DNA of 64,000 nucleotides from Azolla caroliniana (Eukaryota > Plantae > Polypodiophyta). The DNA is taken from assembly GCA_043228905.1 (NCBI GenBank), contig JBHGNT010000002.1, forward strand, positions 2,542,001 to 2,606,000, written 5' to 3'. Position numbers and translations under genes: made by a program. Below the pieces are notes generated by a model that was given only the letters and a program-made list of their open reading frames with translations, was not told the DNA's origin and searched no databases. Positions 12,213-25,094 of this stretch are shown here, piece after piece. Position 1 is the first letter of the stretch. Each line of letters begins with the position of its first letter.

Positions 12213-15200
12213 ATCCTTCTGTTCATCAACAGTGTTATCATAAGGTAAAAAATCATTCTGTCGTTTTTAAGTTCCATTTGTTCTTCATGTCATCAAATGC
12301 TGATATGAGAAGGCTAGATCCTTCTGTTCTTTTTCTTGTCATCAATGCGGATATGATAACTCTAGAACATTGTGTTCTTCGTCATCTCATCAATGGTAAT
12401 ATGATAAGCCAGATCCTTGGGTTCCTTCCTTACCTCAAGAATGCTGATACGAGAAAGGAAGATCTTGATAGGAGAAAGGAAGATCCTTGCGTGTTATTCT
12501 TTAATAATGGTTATGTCATTGCGTTTCACAAGAAGGCATTGCTTTCTAGTTTGATCGATTCAATCTTGAGACACTACTCAGTATGTATGCATTGGAAGTT
12601 TCATGATAATGTATGACAAAGAACAAAGACAAGATCTTCTTTCCTCCTGTAATTCCATTGGTTTATACAGGAAAATCTCTAGCTCAGGATCCATTCCAAA
12701 TTTCAAAATTTAAACCTTGCATACATATACACGTTGGCAGTCCCACCAGAATGTATGCCACATGTGAGTTCATATTCATGAGATCAGATTTGAGTTCAAT
12801 ATTCTTAAACACTCCTTATACGCATTGGAAATTTCACAAGAAAGCATGGAAAAACAATGTAATTAGTTGCATTCCAGAGATCGGCCTTGATATTATTCAG
12901 ATCTTGTTCAATCTTTAACCACGTTAAAGTTTCATGGAATCATCTTAATTGCATTGTGGCAATTGTATTTGATGCACTGATTTTGTTCAATCTTACACAC
13001 CTCAATTATATTGGAAGATTCATGCGAATGTATCATGAAGAATGTGCGTAATTGCATTGCTTCCTTGATATTCAGATCTTTTATGTTTAAACAATCCCTA
13101 TTTACATCAGAAGCTTCAGGATAATTTATGGAAAGTAATGCCTCATTTGCATTGAAGAGATCGGCCTTTATGTTTGAATCTTGTATAATTATTAGGATAA
13201 GTGATGAGAATGTTTCACAAGGCATATACAGAATTGTATTCTAGAATCAGATTAAATTCTCTGATCTTGTTCAATCATTAAACACTCCTTAGAAGCATTG
13301 GAAGTTCCATTTTTGCTCTAAAGAGATCATCCCTTATGTTTTGATATTGTTCAACCATTAACTATTTTTTATATGTAAAGAAACATTCATGGCAATGAAT
13401 GAGAAGAAACAATCAAGTAACTGTGTTGGCCACACCAATTTGAGGACTACAGATCTATGGATTTATATCTAATAATGTATACTGATCTTTACCAAACTTG
13501 AAATCTTTAATTAGTTGTTATACATAAGAAATTTGGAAGTTTTATTCTCATGGCTTGTGTGAAGATCTACCTTTATGTTCAGATATTTTTCCAAATTTCG
13601 TTGTTGCTTTGCAGGGGCTGACCATTGTGTTCTATATTGTTCAATTATTAACAACCTTTTATATACACAGAAACTTTCATGACAATGCATGAAAAATGAC
13701 AATTGCTGTATTACCCACCTCAAGTTTGACCTGGAGGAGATAATGTGGATTTATATATTAAATGTATGTTGATCTTTTTCAAACTTGAATACTTAAACGT
13801 TCATTATGCATAGGAAATTTGAAATTTTCATGAACATTGTTCATGCACAATCTTGCCTTTATGTTCGGATATTTTTCGAACTTAATTATTTGATACTCAT
13901 ATTTGTAACATTTGAAAATTTCTTGAGCATTTATAAAAATTACTGGATCTTTTTTGCAAGGATTGTATCAGTTGTGTCAATTTGAGGACCCAGAATAAAT
14001 GGATTCGTTTGTAACTCTGCACTTAATTGCGTTCATAAAATGTTGGCATTATGATGTAATAATTGTAGCACATTTACTTTGTTGCAATAATGATAGAATT
14101 TGTTAATCATTTTTTAACACGTACATAAAACTACATCTTGACAGCGGAGATAGGGATGTTCGATGGATATATTGTTGTTTACAAGTTTGTGTCTGACCTC
14201 CATTTCTATGTGACTGCGAGTGATGATGAGAATGAGCTTATCTTAGCAACAGTACTGCAGGGTTTCTTTGATGCTGTGTCTCTTCTACTCAGGTTCTTTA
14301 TCCATAAACCAATATCAACGTTTAAAATAGTTAATTATGTATTCATATCCAACTTTACTCTAGTTCGAAGTTTTCATTATGACTTGCATATTTACTACTG
14401 ATTATTTCTCAATGTGATTTCAGGAACAATGTGGATAAGAAAACCGTGTTAGAAAACCTGGATCTCATCTTTTTGTGTCTTGATGATATTGTGGATGGCG
14501 GGTATGTATTTGGACTGACCTATGTTGCAGACTTTTTTGTTTGACTCCTTAGTCTAGTCATTTTCTTAATGAAGAAGAGGATTTAGAACCCCCCTTCCCC
14601 AGCCAGCTATCAATTTTTTTTCCTTTGTTTCTCATTGAATATCCATATGTTGAATTTTCAAGTGTTAAATAAACTTATGTAATCCTTTTTTAGGAAGTGA
14701 TATCATACATTTCCTCCTATTCCTTTTTTCTTTCTTTTAAGTCCCAAGTGTAGGGAAAAATGATATTTTTCTCAATGAAAGTTAGAAACCCCCTAATTCT
14801 TCTGAATATTGATGCATTGATTTCATAATTTTTTTATTTGAAAAGAAGTATTTAAGGTCGTAATCAGGGACATATAAACTTTTTTGTACCAATACATCTA
14901 AAAAACCGGACTTGTGTTTTTTTACTTTGTCTAATGTGGGTTGGTTTCTGAGCTGAAGCTGCTTGCAATCCTCTTGTTGTGCATCAGTAACAGCAAATGA
15001 AAGTCTTTGACATATTATGTAAAGGGAAAATCCCCAAAATACTTGAGTTTTTCTTTATTTTCCATAATGGCCCTGGTCAACTCCCAAAAGAGACGAGTCA
15101 CGAAGATACAAGGGCATTTAGGGAAATAAAGAAAATCTTGGGTATTTCAGAGTTCTTTCCTCTGGCCGCCCTTCCCCTGAGGATAAAATATTAAATGACT

Positions 15201-15895
15201 TTAAACTTGTGTTATACAGGATCATTTTGGAAACTGAGGCAAGTGTAATAGCTGGAAAGGTGGCTATGCGAGGTGCTGATGCTGATGTCCCATTATCTGA
15301 ACAGGTATATTTTCCACTTTTATTGTGCGTAGCCATGGATACCAAAATGTATGGTAATGACTTTTTGAAAAGAAAAAGAAAACTGGGCATTTATGCATAC
15401 AAGAAAAAGAATTTTTGGATAATACACCTGCATGCCATTTTACAACATGAAATATATGCATTCGACTTCGTGTTTCATTACATCATTGCATGGATATCTT
15501 TATTTTAACTTGATAAAGAAAGTGGCCTGATTACAGTTTGAATGGTTTCAAACATGACAAATATGCATGCTACCCAATAGGTTTTTACATCAATGCTAGG
15601 ATGTTTTTATTCAATTTGGAAAAGTAAACAGAAAAAGGAAAGAAAAACTGGATAACTATCTCCACCATACTAACTATTTGATAATTTCCACTTGAAAAAT
15701 TATACTTTCTACTTCATGGTTTATTCATTACATCTTCCCTGGGAGGCGATTGGAAAAAGAGAACATTTGGTGCAGGTTTTGATGTTTTGCATTTTTAGAT
15801 TCTTGTGCTAATTAAATGAATGCATTCTGTTACAGACTATCTCTCAAGCACTTGCCACTGCAAGGGAGCATTTAGCCAGATCCTTGCTCAAGTAA
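11830..15895 (+). CDS. COPZ: Coatomer subunit zeta (zeta-COP). Exons 11830-11835, 11997-12156, 14145-14292, 14424-14501, 15220-15304, 15836-15895
   Basis: Spliced protein [30 protein letters not shown]...[45 protein letters not shown]...[25 protein letters not shown]...[23 protein letters not shown]; all introns GT-AG and in phase. Confidence 0.95.
12210..14000. repeat. Degenerate tandem duplications in COPZ intron 2
   Basis: Recurrent TCATCAATG..ATATGATAA..AGATCCTT units (12210-12510), AGATCGGCCTT..ATATTCAGATCTTGTTCAATC units (12780-13360) and ~250-300 bp repeated blocks (13350-14000). Confidence 0.55.
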
Positions 15896-18800
15896 AAGAG
15901 TGTGCAACACTAGCACAATTATGCCATAACAACATACAAATCATCTATAAATAGTATTTTAGCTTGTTCTTTCATTTTCAATTTTTTTTTTCTATATCTA
16001 TTGAGCCTTAGAACTAAGTGGACTTTAATTCCGCACATTGTTCACGTTTCGTGTATAGGGGAATAGGGCCCCACTTTTTTGATGTATTGGAACACATGCC
16101 AGCTTGAAAGCTCATAATCTGGTTTGATCAAAGGCTTCCAAATCATATTCAATAGAAAGTATTTTCAATTCAAATTACTAGTGGAGGATGCATAGTTCAA
16201 GGTAAATGTGGTATTGTTTGATGATGAAAATGAATAATACTGTATGGTGTGGAAATGCTTCCTGCTAATTCAAAGATAACACGCATGAATGAGTGCATGA
16301 AAGACATTGTTCCAAAACTGGATGTTTGAAATCATGAACCGACACACAGTTGATGTGACCCACAGTTTTCTTCCCCAGCATGTAGTTAATGTGATAAATA
16401 CTCCAAAGTACTTACCCCTCTAGCACTAATATTAGCACATGCAATTGGTGAGTCTCTTGATTAACAGATCTGTTTGGAAATGTTGATGAGATAAATAAGG
16501 ACACCTGATTGGTAGTAATTATGGAGTCTTTATATAACTTGAGTAGTTATGCCCTTTTAAAAAGCATGTAGTTTTCACTATGGATAAAACAAATGATCAA
16601 TCTTATGGATTGGATTGTATTTAAGCATTCCGTGATTCATTTCAGGACTAATTTCTGGGTAGGTAGAGTAAAATTAATTGATTAATCATTCATTGCCTTT
16701 AATAAAGACATAGTAAATATGGGAATATTGATAATGATTTCCAGTTATTCTAATAGTAACCAGGTATATTTTTCTCAGTATTACATGTAAGAATGTTAAC
16801 GGCAAAATTAGGAGAACAGTCTTTTAATTGATTGGCTATGCACATAGACATGCGTTAGTGTCTTAGAAGCATATGGTCAAAGTATATTGTTACCTGGTTT
16901 GTAAACTCCAAACATAGGCATGAACCTGATCAGAAGTAACCTGATACGATGAAATCTGAATGGATAATTTCTGGGCAGTTCAAAAGATGAAAATGTGTCA
17001 TCAAATATCTATTCTAATTGTCATATTCGAAACTGTGAATAATGAAAACTGAGTTGCATTGAGATGTTGTGAGAGCATGCACATTGCACACACCATTAAT
17101 ATTCCACCATTAATATTTAGGTTCCAATTTCTTTGTTCAATAAATAATCTAATACAGGATAGTGATTTAATGTTCATTATTACAAGTTGTGTTATTGTAC
17201 CATCTAGTCCTTGATTGGTGGACAGATTTTTAGGTTTCTCAGGATATTTTTCCTCTCCACTCGTTTGCCAAAGATATGCACCACATTAGGATTTCTAGAT
17301 AGGATGAACATAAGGTTCAATATGCTATGTAGGAATGTGTGTATGTATGGAGATGTGTGTATTCTATGAAATCATGAAGAATAATCATTTTAGGCATGCT
17401 GCATGTGACATACTATATATTTGTTTGCATTACGCATGGTAAGGTGACACATATATCTTCCATGTTGCTTGCATCACTATCTATTATAGCCAATTATTTG
17501 TTCTTAATGAAAGTATTAGTAGCTTCAAAGACTTAAAGATAAATAAACTAACAATGAGTATTAATATCTTCAATAATTTGTGTTAGGAGAAGTACCACCA
17601 AAATTGGTGGAATAAACACTACGATTTTTGCTGGTTTATTTCTTGAGTATAGGGGGCAAATAATTGTAAAAAGGCAATGAAATGATAAAATTGAAATGAT
17701 ATCCCATTCAGCGTTTATGGACAACTACGATGGTAAAACCACCATCTTTTGACTAGAAAGCAAGAACAATGCTGATTGTTTTGTTGTATGTTCCTAGTGC
17801 TCACTATAAAGTGTCATAATTTGATTAGACTCAAAAGTAAAAATGAACAAGGATGGAGATGGGACCTCTTCATTCTTTTATATGGATGATTGTTCTCTAT
17901 TCAAATCATAAAGGTCATTAAACATCAACAGAACATATAAAATAATTTTCTAATACATCTTTATGTTTTTTGAACTTTTGTTATCATTCTTCATGACTTC
18001 ATTTTCTTGAAAAAAACACTAGATTAGCATTAAGAAATGCCCTAATGTTGTACAAGAAATAATGTACATATAAGTAATTACTCCTTATTTTTAACCGAAG
18101 TTAAGTTTTACCGATCAGCTTCAATAAATACTTCGGTGTGGAATAAAACAACTCCCCCTGATCAAAAAAATTTCGATAAAATTTACCTTTGTCCCATATG
18201 GTATGAAACTTTAAACTTTGTAGTTAAAAGAGGTTTTTAGAGTTTTTTTTCCCCCAATAATGTCTTTTAGAGTATTCACCTTCTATATTATCCAAATAGT
18301 ATTGAATGTCACCTTCTATATTATCCAAAGAGCTTCTTAGATTATGCACAACAGTTATCCAAATTCTAGTTATGGTTTGATCATACATTCTGTCACATTT
18401 TGGAATACCTCAAGCACTTGGCTTTCCAAATATATCAAATCGTAATACTACTTACAAAATTTCCATATTTTAATTTTACTAGTGCTATTTGTGGATTCAA
18501 GGGTACATTTGTTTTTTGCATTAGACCATGTCTCTTAAAAATAACATCTACAACAGCTCCTTCCCATACAACATTGGTTTAAGATTCTTTTCCATATTTC
18601 CATTGCAAAATTACAACTCCACAAACCATGCTTAGTAGTCTCCTCTATATTCATACAAAAATGGCACGTGTTATCTGCATTAATACCTTTTCTCCACTCA
18701 TTAACTAAAGTCTAGGACCAACCCATCTATAGGTTCGAGGAGAGCATTTCTATCTTCATCGGTAGACCAAGGAACTTTGGTGCTTAACAAGATAAGGGGA

Positions 18801-21400
18801 GGAATGACAATGTTTTCTGTGCCATCCTTTATAATGCACAAATGCACATTTACCTTCTACACATAAAGTGGATTGGTTGGAGTAAGGGCATATACTAGGG
18901 AAGAAGTTTGATGGTGGGTTATCTCTCTCTCACTCACACACGTTTTGGTTTTGTTTACAAACAAAAGTGAGGGTGGTAGCATATGATGGATCAAATTAGT
19001 CAGATTTGTATTTTGCCACACAAAAACATCACATTATTGCTCAAAGTATTGCATTTTTTAAATATAATGTTTTAGAGGTTCTATCTAGAAGGCTTGTAGT
19101 GCAATGGCCAAGTCTTGGACTTTGGTTTATCATGTTGTTTTGTGTTGGAATACAACATCGAATAATTGTGTTGCATGCAAGGGATTACTAAATGTCTTTT
19201 ATTGTCAAACATCAATTAGTTGTTGTCGATTGCAAATGTTATAACTTTACCCGAGGAATGTCATGAAAAGAATACTTCAACCGCAAACAAGTGTATAAAA
19301 GAAAGACAACCATTAAATTTGACTTGTAAGAGGTATTGGAGTTTTCATATCACATGTATTTTGGATTTTTTTCTAGCAGATATCATTCACAAACTTTATG
19401 TTTTGGTTCAGATTGCCAAGTCTTAAACGAAAACGATGGTTGATTCGCAACTCAATGAGATGAGCACTTTCATACATCCACATTATTGGTTTTATAAACT
19501 CCTATGCATTTGGTAGAGAGTAATGCCTCCTAATCATGTCTTTGTTTGATGTGGACATTGTGATCGATTAATATGTAGCTCAAAGTTGCAACTTGTTTTT
19601 AACTAAATAAAGAGCATAAAAGTATATTATTTCTGTAATTTCATTCAGGGATTGTATTTATAAATGGTGAAATCCATTTACATAATGAAATGATGCTTGA
19701 TCATTGTTTTTTGAATTCATATTATAGCCAAACAAGATTCCTATTCCCTTTAGACAGTGTCAAATAAATGTCTCATTTTACCAAGATTCTGTAATCTAGA
19801 GGCATATATGCTATGAGATATGATGCCTACAAATCCATTTACAAAAATACAATAAGATTGCCAAATTGCCAAAATATTTATATGTAGACCATTGTTTAAT
19901 GTACGCCACAAAGAATACCCTTGATTGTTCTGCACCCATCTAAAGTGAGAAGCAATGACTAGTGTTCATGTTTTGTTTTATACATGTATTTATCATTCAA
20001 CATTACCCATGTGATTGAAACTTGGGATAAAGTGGAAGCTACTTACACTATGCCACAAAAGCAATATTGTGGGATATGAATGCATCGAGTTGATTGTACG
20101 TGAAGTAAAACTTGTCATATGTCTACTAAGTTGAGATCTAAAGGGTGTTACACCTCTAGAGAGAGAGAGAGAGAGATGCATACAGACGAAGGCCACTAGT
20201 CCACTAGCCCAAAACATGAGTAAGATGCTACACTAATTGTAAAGAGAAGAAAAAATACTACTTTTGCATAAACATACAAGGCTGTATATGAGACATTCGT
20301 AGTGCCAGAATCAAAGTCCTATTCATTCTCGTACCTTATAAGGACATGTATTATGAGCCACAAAGAGATTGAGCAATAGAGCGATGGAGTTTGGACAAGA
20401 CAAAAAAAACATTGGATTTGGGTTAAGGTAATCTATATTAGTCCATAAAAGTACATTTATTTTAGATTGGCATGGGTTTTAACTTCTCTATCCCAAGGAT
20501 TTGTGTTCTTAAATTAAGCTTCGAGCTTCAACCAAACGAGGAATGACATCTCTTTGGTACGTAGAAGCTAAACTGGAGAGATCAAAAGTCTCGTGAATGT
20601 GTTGTACCTAACAATGAAGATGATACCAGAATCTTCAATAAGGCCTATTGTAATTCTACGAAACATATGAAGTTCAACTGTTTCTTCATCTAGGAAATAT
20701 AGGCTCTAAAATTGCTTTTTCACGAGTAGGCTTCCCAAAAACCATAGATAGCCTTTTTAGAGATACTAGAAAAAGAGAGCAATCTACGATCTCTCGGACC
20801 ATGGAATTGTGTGTTGGTTGTATCGGGTGGACTGTTAAGAGGTGTGAACCCGATCAAACATGGATGATGGTGCTCTCATCCATACCTTTCTGCATCACAA
20901 GACACACAAAAATAGAATACATGGGCATATCATCATTCCAAACACTTTCCCTCTTTTTTGGAATCTTGTTTCTCTCTCTAGATTTGAAGAAGAAGGAAAG
21001 AAGCATTTATTCTTCTGCTTTATAATCCTATTATCCCACCAAATTTCTCTCTCTCTCTTGTTTTTTTAAACATGTATTGGTTGGTTGTTTTTAGCCTTTT
21101 TTTTGTTCGTTAGCTGTTCGAATGCTTTTTTCTTTTTTTGGCTCAAAATCTGTGCTCAACAATTTCTCCGATACCCACATGGAAATTTAATCTATCTTTG
21201 CTTACATTTTCTGCAAAAAGATTTCTTCTATTATATATATCGACGTGTGTGATGCATGTAGGAAATTAAATGTATTTTGCCCATGATTTCTATATAATTC
21301 GCTGTTCTTGGTTTGTTCTTTTGAAATCCAGAAAGATCAAAATCGCCCAGCCAAAAACAACAACAAGAAGAAAAGCAGGAGAGGGAGAGAAAAGGTTTGA

Positions 21401-24007
21401 ATGAAAATGGAGTCTCAAGAGAGATATTGCTGGCCTTATTTTGATCCAGAATATGAGAACTTCAGCTTCAGGATAAACCCACCAAGGTAAATACTTTTAC
21501 TTTCCATAAAGCATAGAAAACCCTTCATTTAATATGCAATTACTCATACAAAAGTCATCATAATCCCATTCAAAAACGTATGGAAATTGGGCTTAGGGTT
21601 TAAGGTTTAACATAAAAGAAAATTGGTACTCAAAAGATTGACCTTTTTTTCTCAATGGGATTGAAACCTTAAAGCCATTATGAAAATAAAAAGGTCTAAG
21701 GTTCAATTCTCACAAACTAGCTTTGCTATGGGTATTAAATTATCCTTGTGTTTTGTTTTCTTCATAAAACTGAAATATTTATATGGTGATGGGAAGTTAT
21801 ATACATACATATAAATGTGCATATAAATAGATTTTCTTTGGTTGGATTTACAGGATAGTGATTGATAATGAAACAGATAATGGATTCTCACTTGTGAAGG
21901 TAAGTCAATAATTAAAAAGAGCGAAAGAATACTTAATTACTTTTTGCATGTATATATATTTTGCCTCCGTGTTTGTGAATTATTAAAAAAGGAGTTCTAA
22001 ATAGTGAAAGAACATGGATGTTTTGTTTTTTCCTTTCCTTTGTGTAGTTTTGTAAAAACATTTGGTTGTGTGGTTTTGTAATACATACATACATACATAT
22101 ATATGGTGGTTTCCTGGCAATTTGTTGTGTGGTTTTTAACAAAATTTGGTGGTTGTTTTAGAACTTAGCGTGGTCTACTAACTGGGTTTTGCATTTGTAT
22201 CCATTTTCCTATGGTTGTAGATTCTTATATTTGTTTGTATGTTTTAGAAGTTTTTAAACACTTTTTTTGTGGTTTAGCATTGTTAATTAATTTATAATCT
22301 ACATTCATTGAGATCTAGATTGCGAGCACAAATAGGCCCGGAACTCTACTAGAAGTAGTGCAAGTTCTTGCCGATCTGGACCTTAACATCTCAAAAGCTT
22401 ATATTTCATCGGATGGCGGTTGGCTTATGGATGGTGAATACTCATATTATAGTAAATGTTATTAGTTTGTACTTCAATCAGTACTAGTGGTAGCATTCCC
22501 TTTCGATTGATCTGGAAACTTAGGGATAAACAAGAAAAAAGTGGTGGCTTAATCTCTTGTTATCTATCATATGATTTTTTTGGGCAGTGTTCCATGTCAC
22601 TGATCAATTAGGTAACAAAATTACTGATGAGAAGCTTATCGAATTCTTACAACAGGTACGCTACAGACACATTTGTCAAATAGAAGAAAGTCGTGACTAT
22701 ATGTAAGCGTTTTTGAAAGTAGGACCCTGGTCTTGACAGTCTCTGGTTGGAAAGAGGAATGCTCCAAATACTGAAGTCAAGACATGTCTTGGTAGGATTG
22801 TGGGGGCGAACACTTTATCGGATTACACGGTCCTTGAGCTTGCTGGTCAAGATCGTCGTGGTATCTTGTCTGAAATCTCCGCTGTCCTCACTAGTCTCAA
22901 ATGCAATGTAGTGGCAGCTGAATCATGGACACACAATGAACGCCTCGCCTGTGTTGTCTATATTACCGACCAAGGGACAAATGGACGCATCGAAGATTCG
23001 AGGCACTTATCCCTCATCAAAGAGCAAGTCAGTAACATCTTGAGAGCTAATGATGATATCGGGGAAGTACTCATGGAGTTCTCAAATAAAAGTTTCGTCC
23101 ATAAAGAGCGGCGATTACATCAGATAATGCTCGCGGATCGTGATTATCAATCAGCGGAGAATATTGACAAAAAGTTGGTTGTGACCTCTGAAAAGCCATC
23201 GATCACAATCGAGAACTGCAAAGAGAAAGGTTACTCAGTTGTCAACATCGGGTGCAAGGACCGACCCAAGTTGCTCTTCGATATCGTATGTACACTCACG
23301 GACATGCAATATGCTGTTTTTCATGCGAGTATACGCTCCGATGGTCATCAAGCCTTTCAAGTACATATCATGGAAGTTTATGTTTGTTTACATCATGTAG
23401 CATAATTTCAAGCTTGTATGACCTTTTCGCGTAAGTGTATGGTTAATGCATATATCCTGCTTATACACTCTTTGAGGATGCAGGAATATTTCATCCGCCA
23501 TGTTGACGGGTATGCATTGGACAGCCAGTGTGAGAGCCAATGCGTAATCAATTGCTTGGAAGCTGCCATCGAGAGGAGGGTATCCGAGGTTATATATATG
23601 ATATACGTTTGAATGACTTGTATTCTTGATAAATAAGTGAAAGGATTCTTAATACCTATTATATACATTTATAGGGTCTCAAGGTGGAGATCTATTCAAT
23701 TGATCGCGTAGGGCTTCTATCTGAAGTGACTCGCCTTTTACGAGAAAATGGGCTCACTGTGATGCGAGCTGACGTGTCTACTCAAGGAAATACAGCATTC
23801 AATACATTTTACGTCACTGATGCTTGTGGAGGGCCCATTGATATGAAGGTTGTTGATGCAATGAGTGAACGATTCCAAGATGTCGGTCCCATCAAGCTCC
23901 ACGTTGAGGATGGCTGCGAAAAAACGGCTTGTAGCTCTCAGTCTCAATCCATTTTTACTATGATTAAAAATCAGTGGGAAAAGGTTTTGACGAGTTGGGG
24001 TCCTTGA
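21401..24007 (+). CDS. ACR3: ACT domain repeat protein, ACR3-like (4 ACT domains). Exons 21401-21486, 21854-21899, 22319-22433, 22588-22655, 22740-23360, 23484-23588, 23675-24007
   Basis: [24 protein letters not shown]...[36 protein letters not shown]...[13 protein letters not shown]...[19 protein letters not shown]...[14 protein letters not shown]...[18 protein letters not shown]; GT-AG introns in phase. Exact orthology within the ACR family is inferred. Confidence 0.92.
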
Positions 24008-25094
24008 ACTTTGTTCCAATTATATCAAGTTTGTTATTTAACATGTCATTGTTACATCAACAAAATACTGCAGAGCCATGATATAGAAAACTGATATACA
24101 TAATCATTGCAATCCATGCTGTGAATTATACATACACATTTGTAAGAATCAATAAAAAAGAATGTAAACACTTTGAACATTTTATGCATAGATGAATGAA
24201 AACCCCTAAGGATTATGACAAGCCTCTCCATGACCACATTTAGGATCACTCTAATGGGCAAGAATTTATGCCGAGCTATAATGTACTGACAAGGATTAAT
24301 TGACATTCATTCGTAATCAGCAAATAAATCTTTGATGGGAAGGTGTGGTTGCATGCATGCTCACTCCATATTATTTCAAGGGAGATATCTATTATTCACC
24401 AGTCAGATGACGTTTCCTTTGGTTATTCTGTTGCTGCATTGTTATTATAATTGGGTAAGGATCAGTGACACACCTCATGCCGAGGCTGACTCTGAGTTTT
24501 CATATTCCAAAATTTAACCATGATTAAAATTCTATGGGGATAACAATTTTCTCCATTCCCAAACTTGTTTGTAGTTTGTTGGTAACAAAGTATGGGGTGG
24601 ATTTAATCTTGATACTTTGGTTTTGAGTATTGACATTAATAATGGTTTTGGATGTCATATTGCCTATGACAACAATTGTTTTTGAGTTCCTTGAAAGGTC
24701 CACAAAACTACTAAACACAAAAGGAGCTCAGCTAACCCAAGATGGTCACATATAGTTGTGGGGTTATTACTCCCACTTGACCTGTAGACAAAGTAAGGTC
24801 CAATTTACCCTACAGCCAACTACATCCCTTATTTCCCAAGTGCTTGAGTTCCAGATATTCGATTCTCGCCAATCATCAATGGTTGTCTGTTCAGCAAAAT
24901 CTAACTACATTTGACCATGTTTAAACTATTAGAAATTAGTTGAGAAACTATGCAATGGCCTCCAATTTTAATTGTTCGATTCACCATAATTCATTCTCAA
25001 ACATCATCCACAACCGATTCTCTCAAATAAAGATTGAAATGGTGAGCGTAAATAACCGTGCCATAGAATATAGCAAATGCTTGCTTCTATTATT

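Noticed and set aside
16000-20800. Hidden gene between COPZ and ACR
   Set aside because: Only short motif-less ORFs and AT-rich decayed repeats; no consistent exon chain found.
20801-21069. Two ATG ORFs upstream of ACR as conserved-peptide uORFs
   Set aside because: No recognisable peptide similarity and no evidence that they lie in the transcript.
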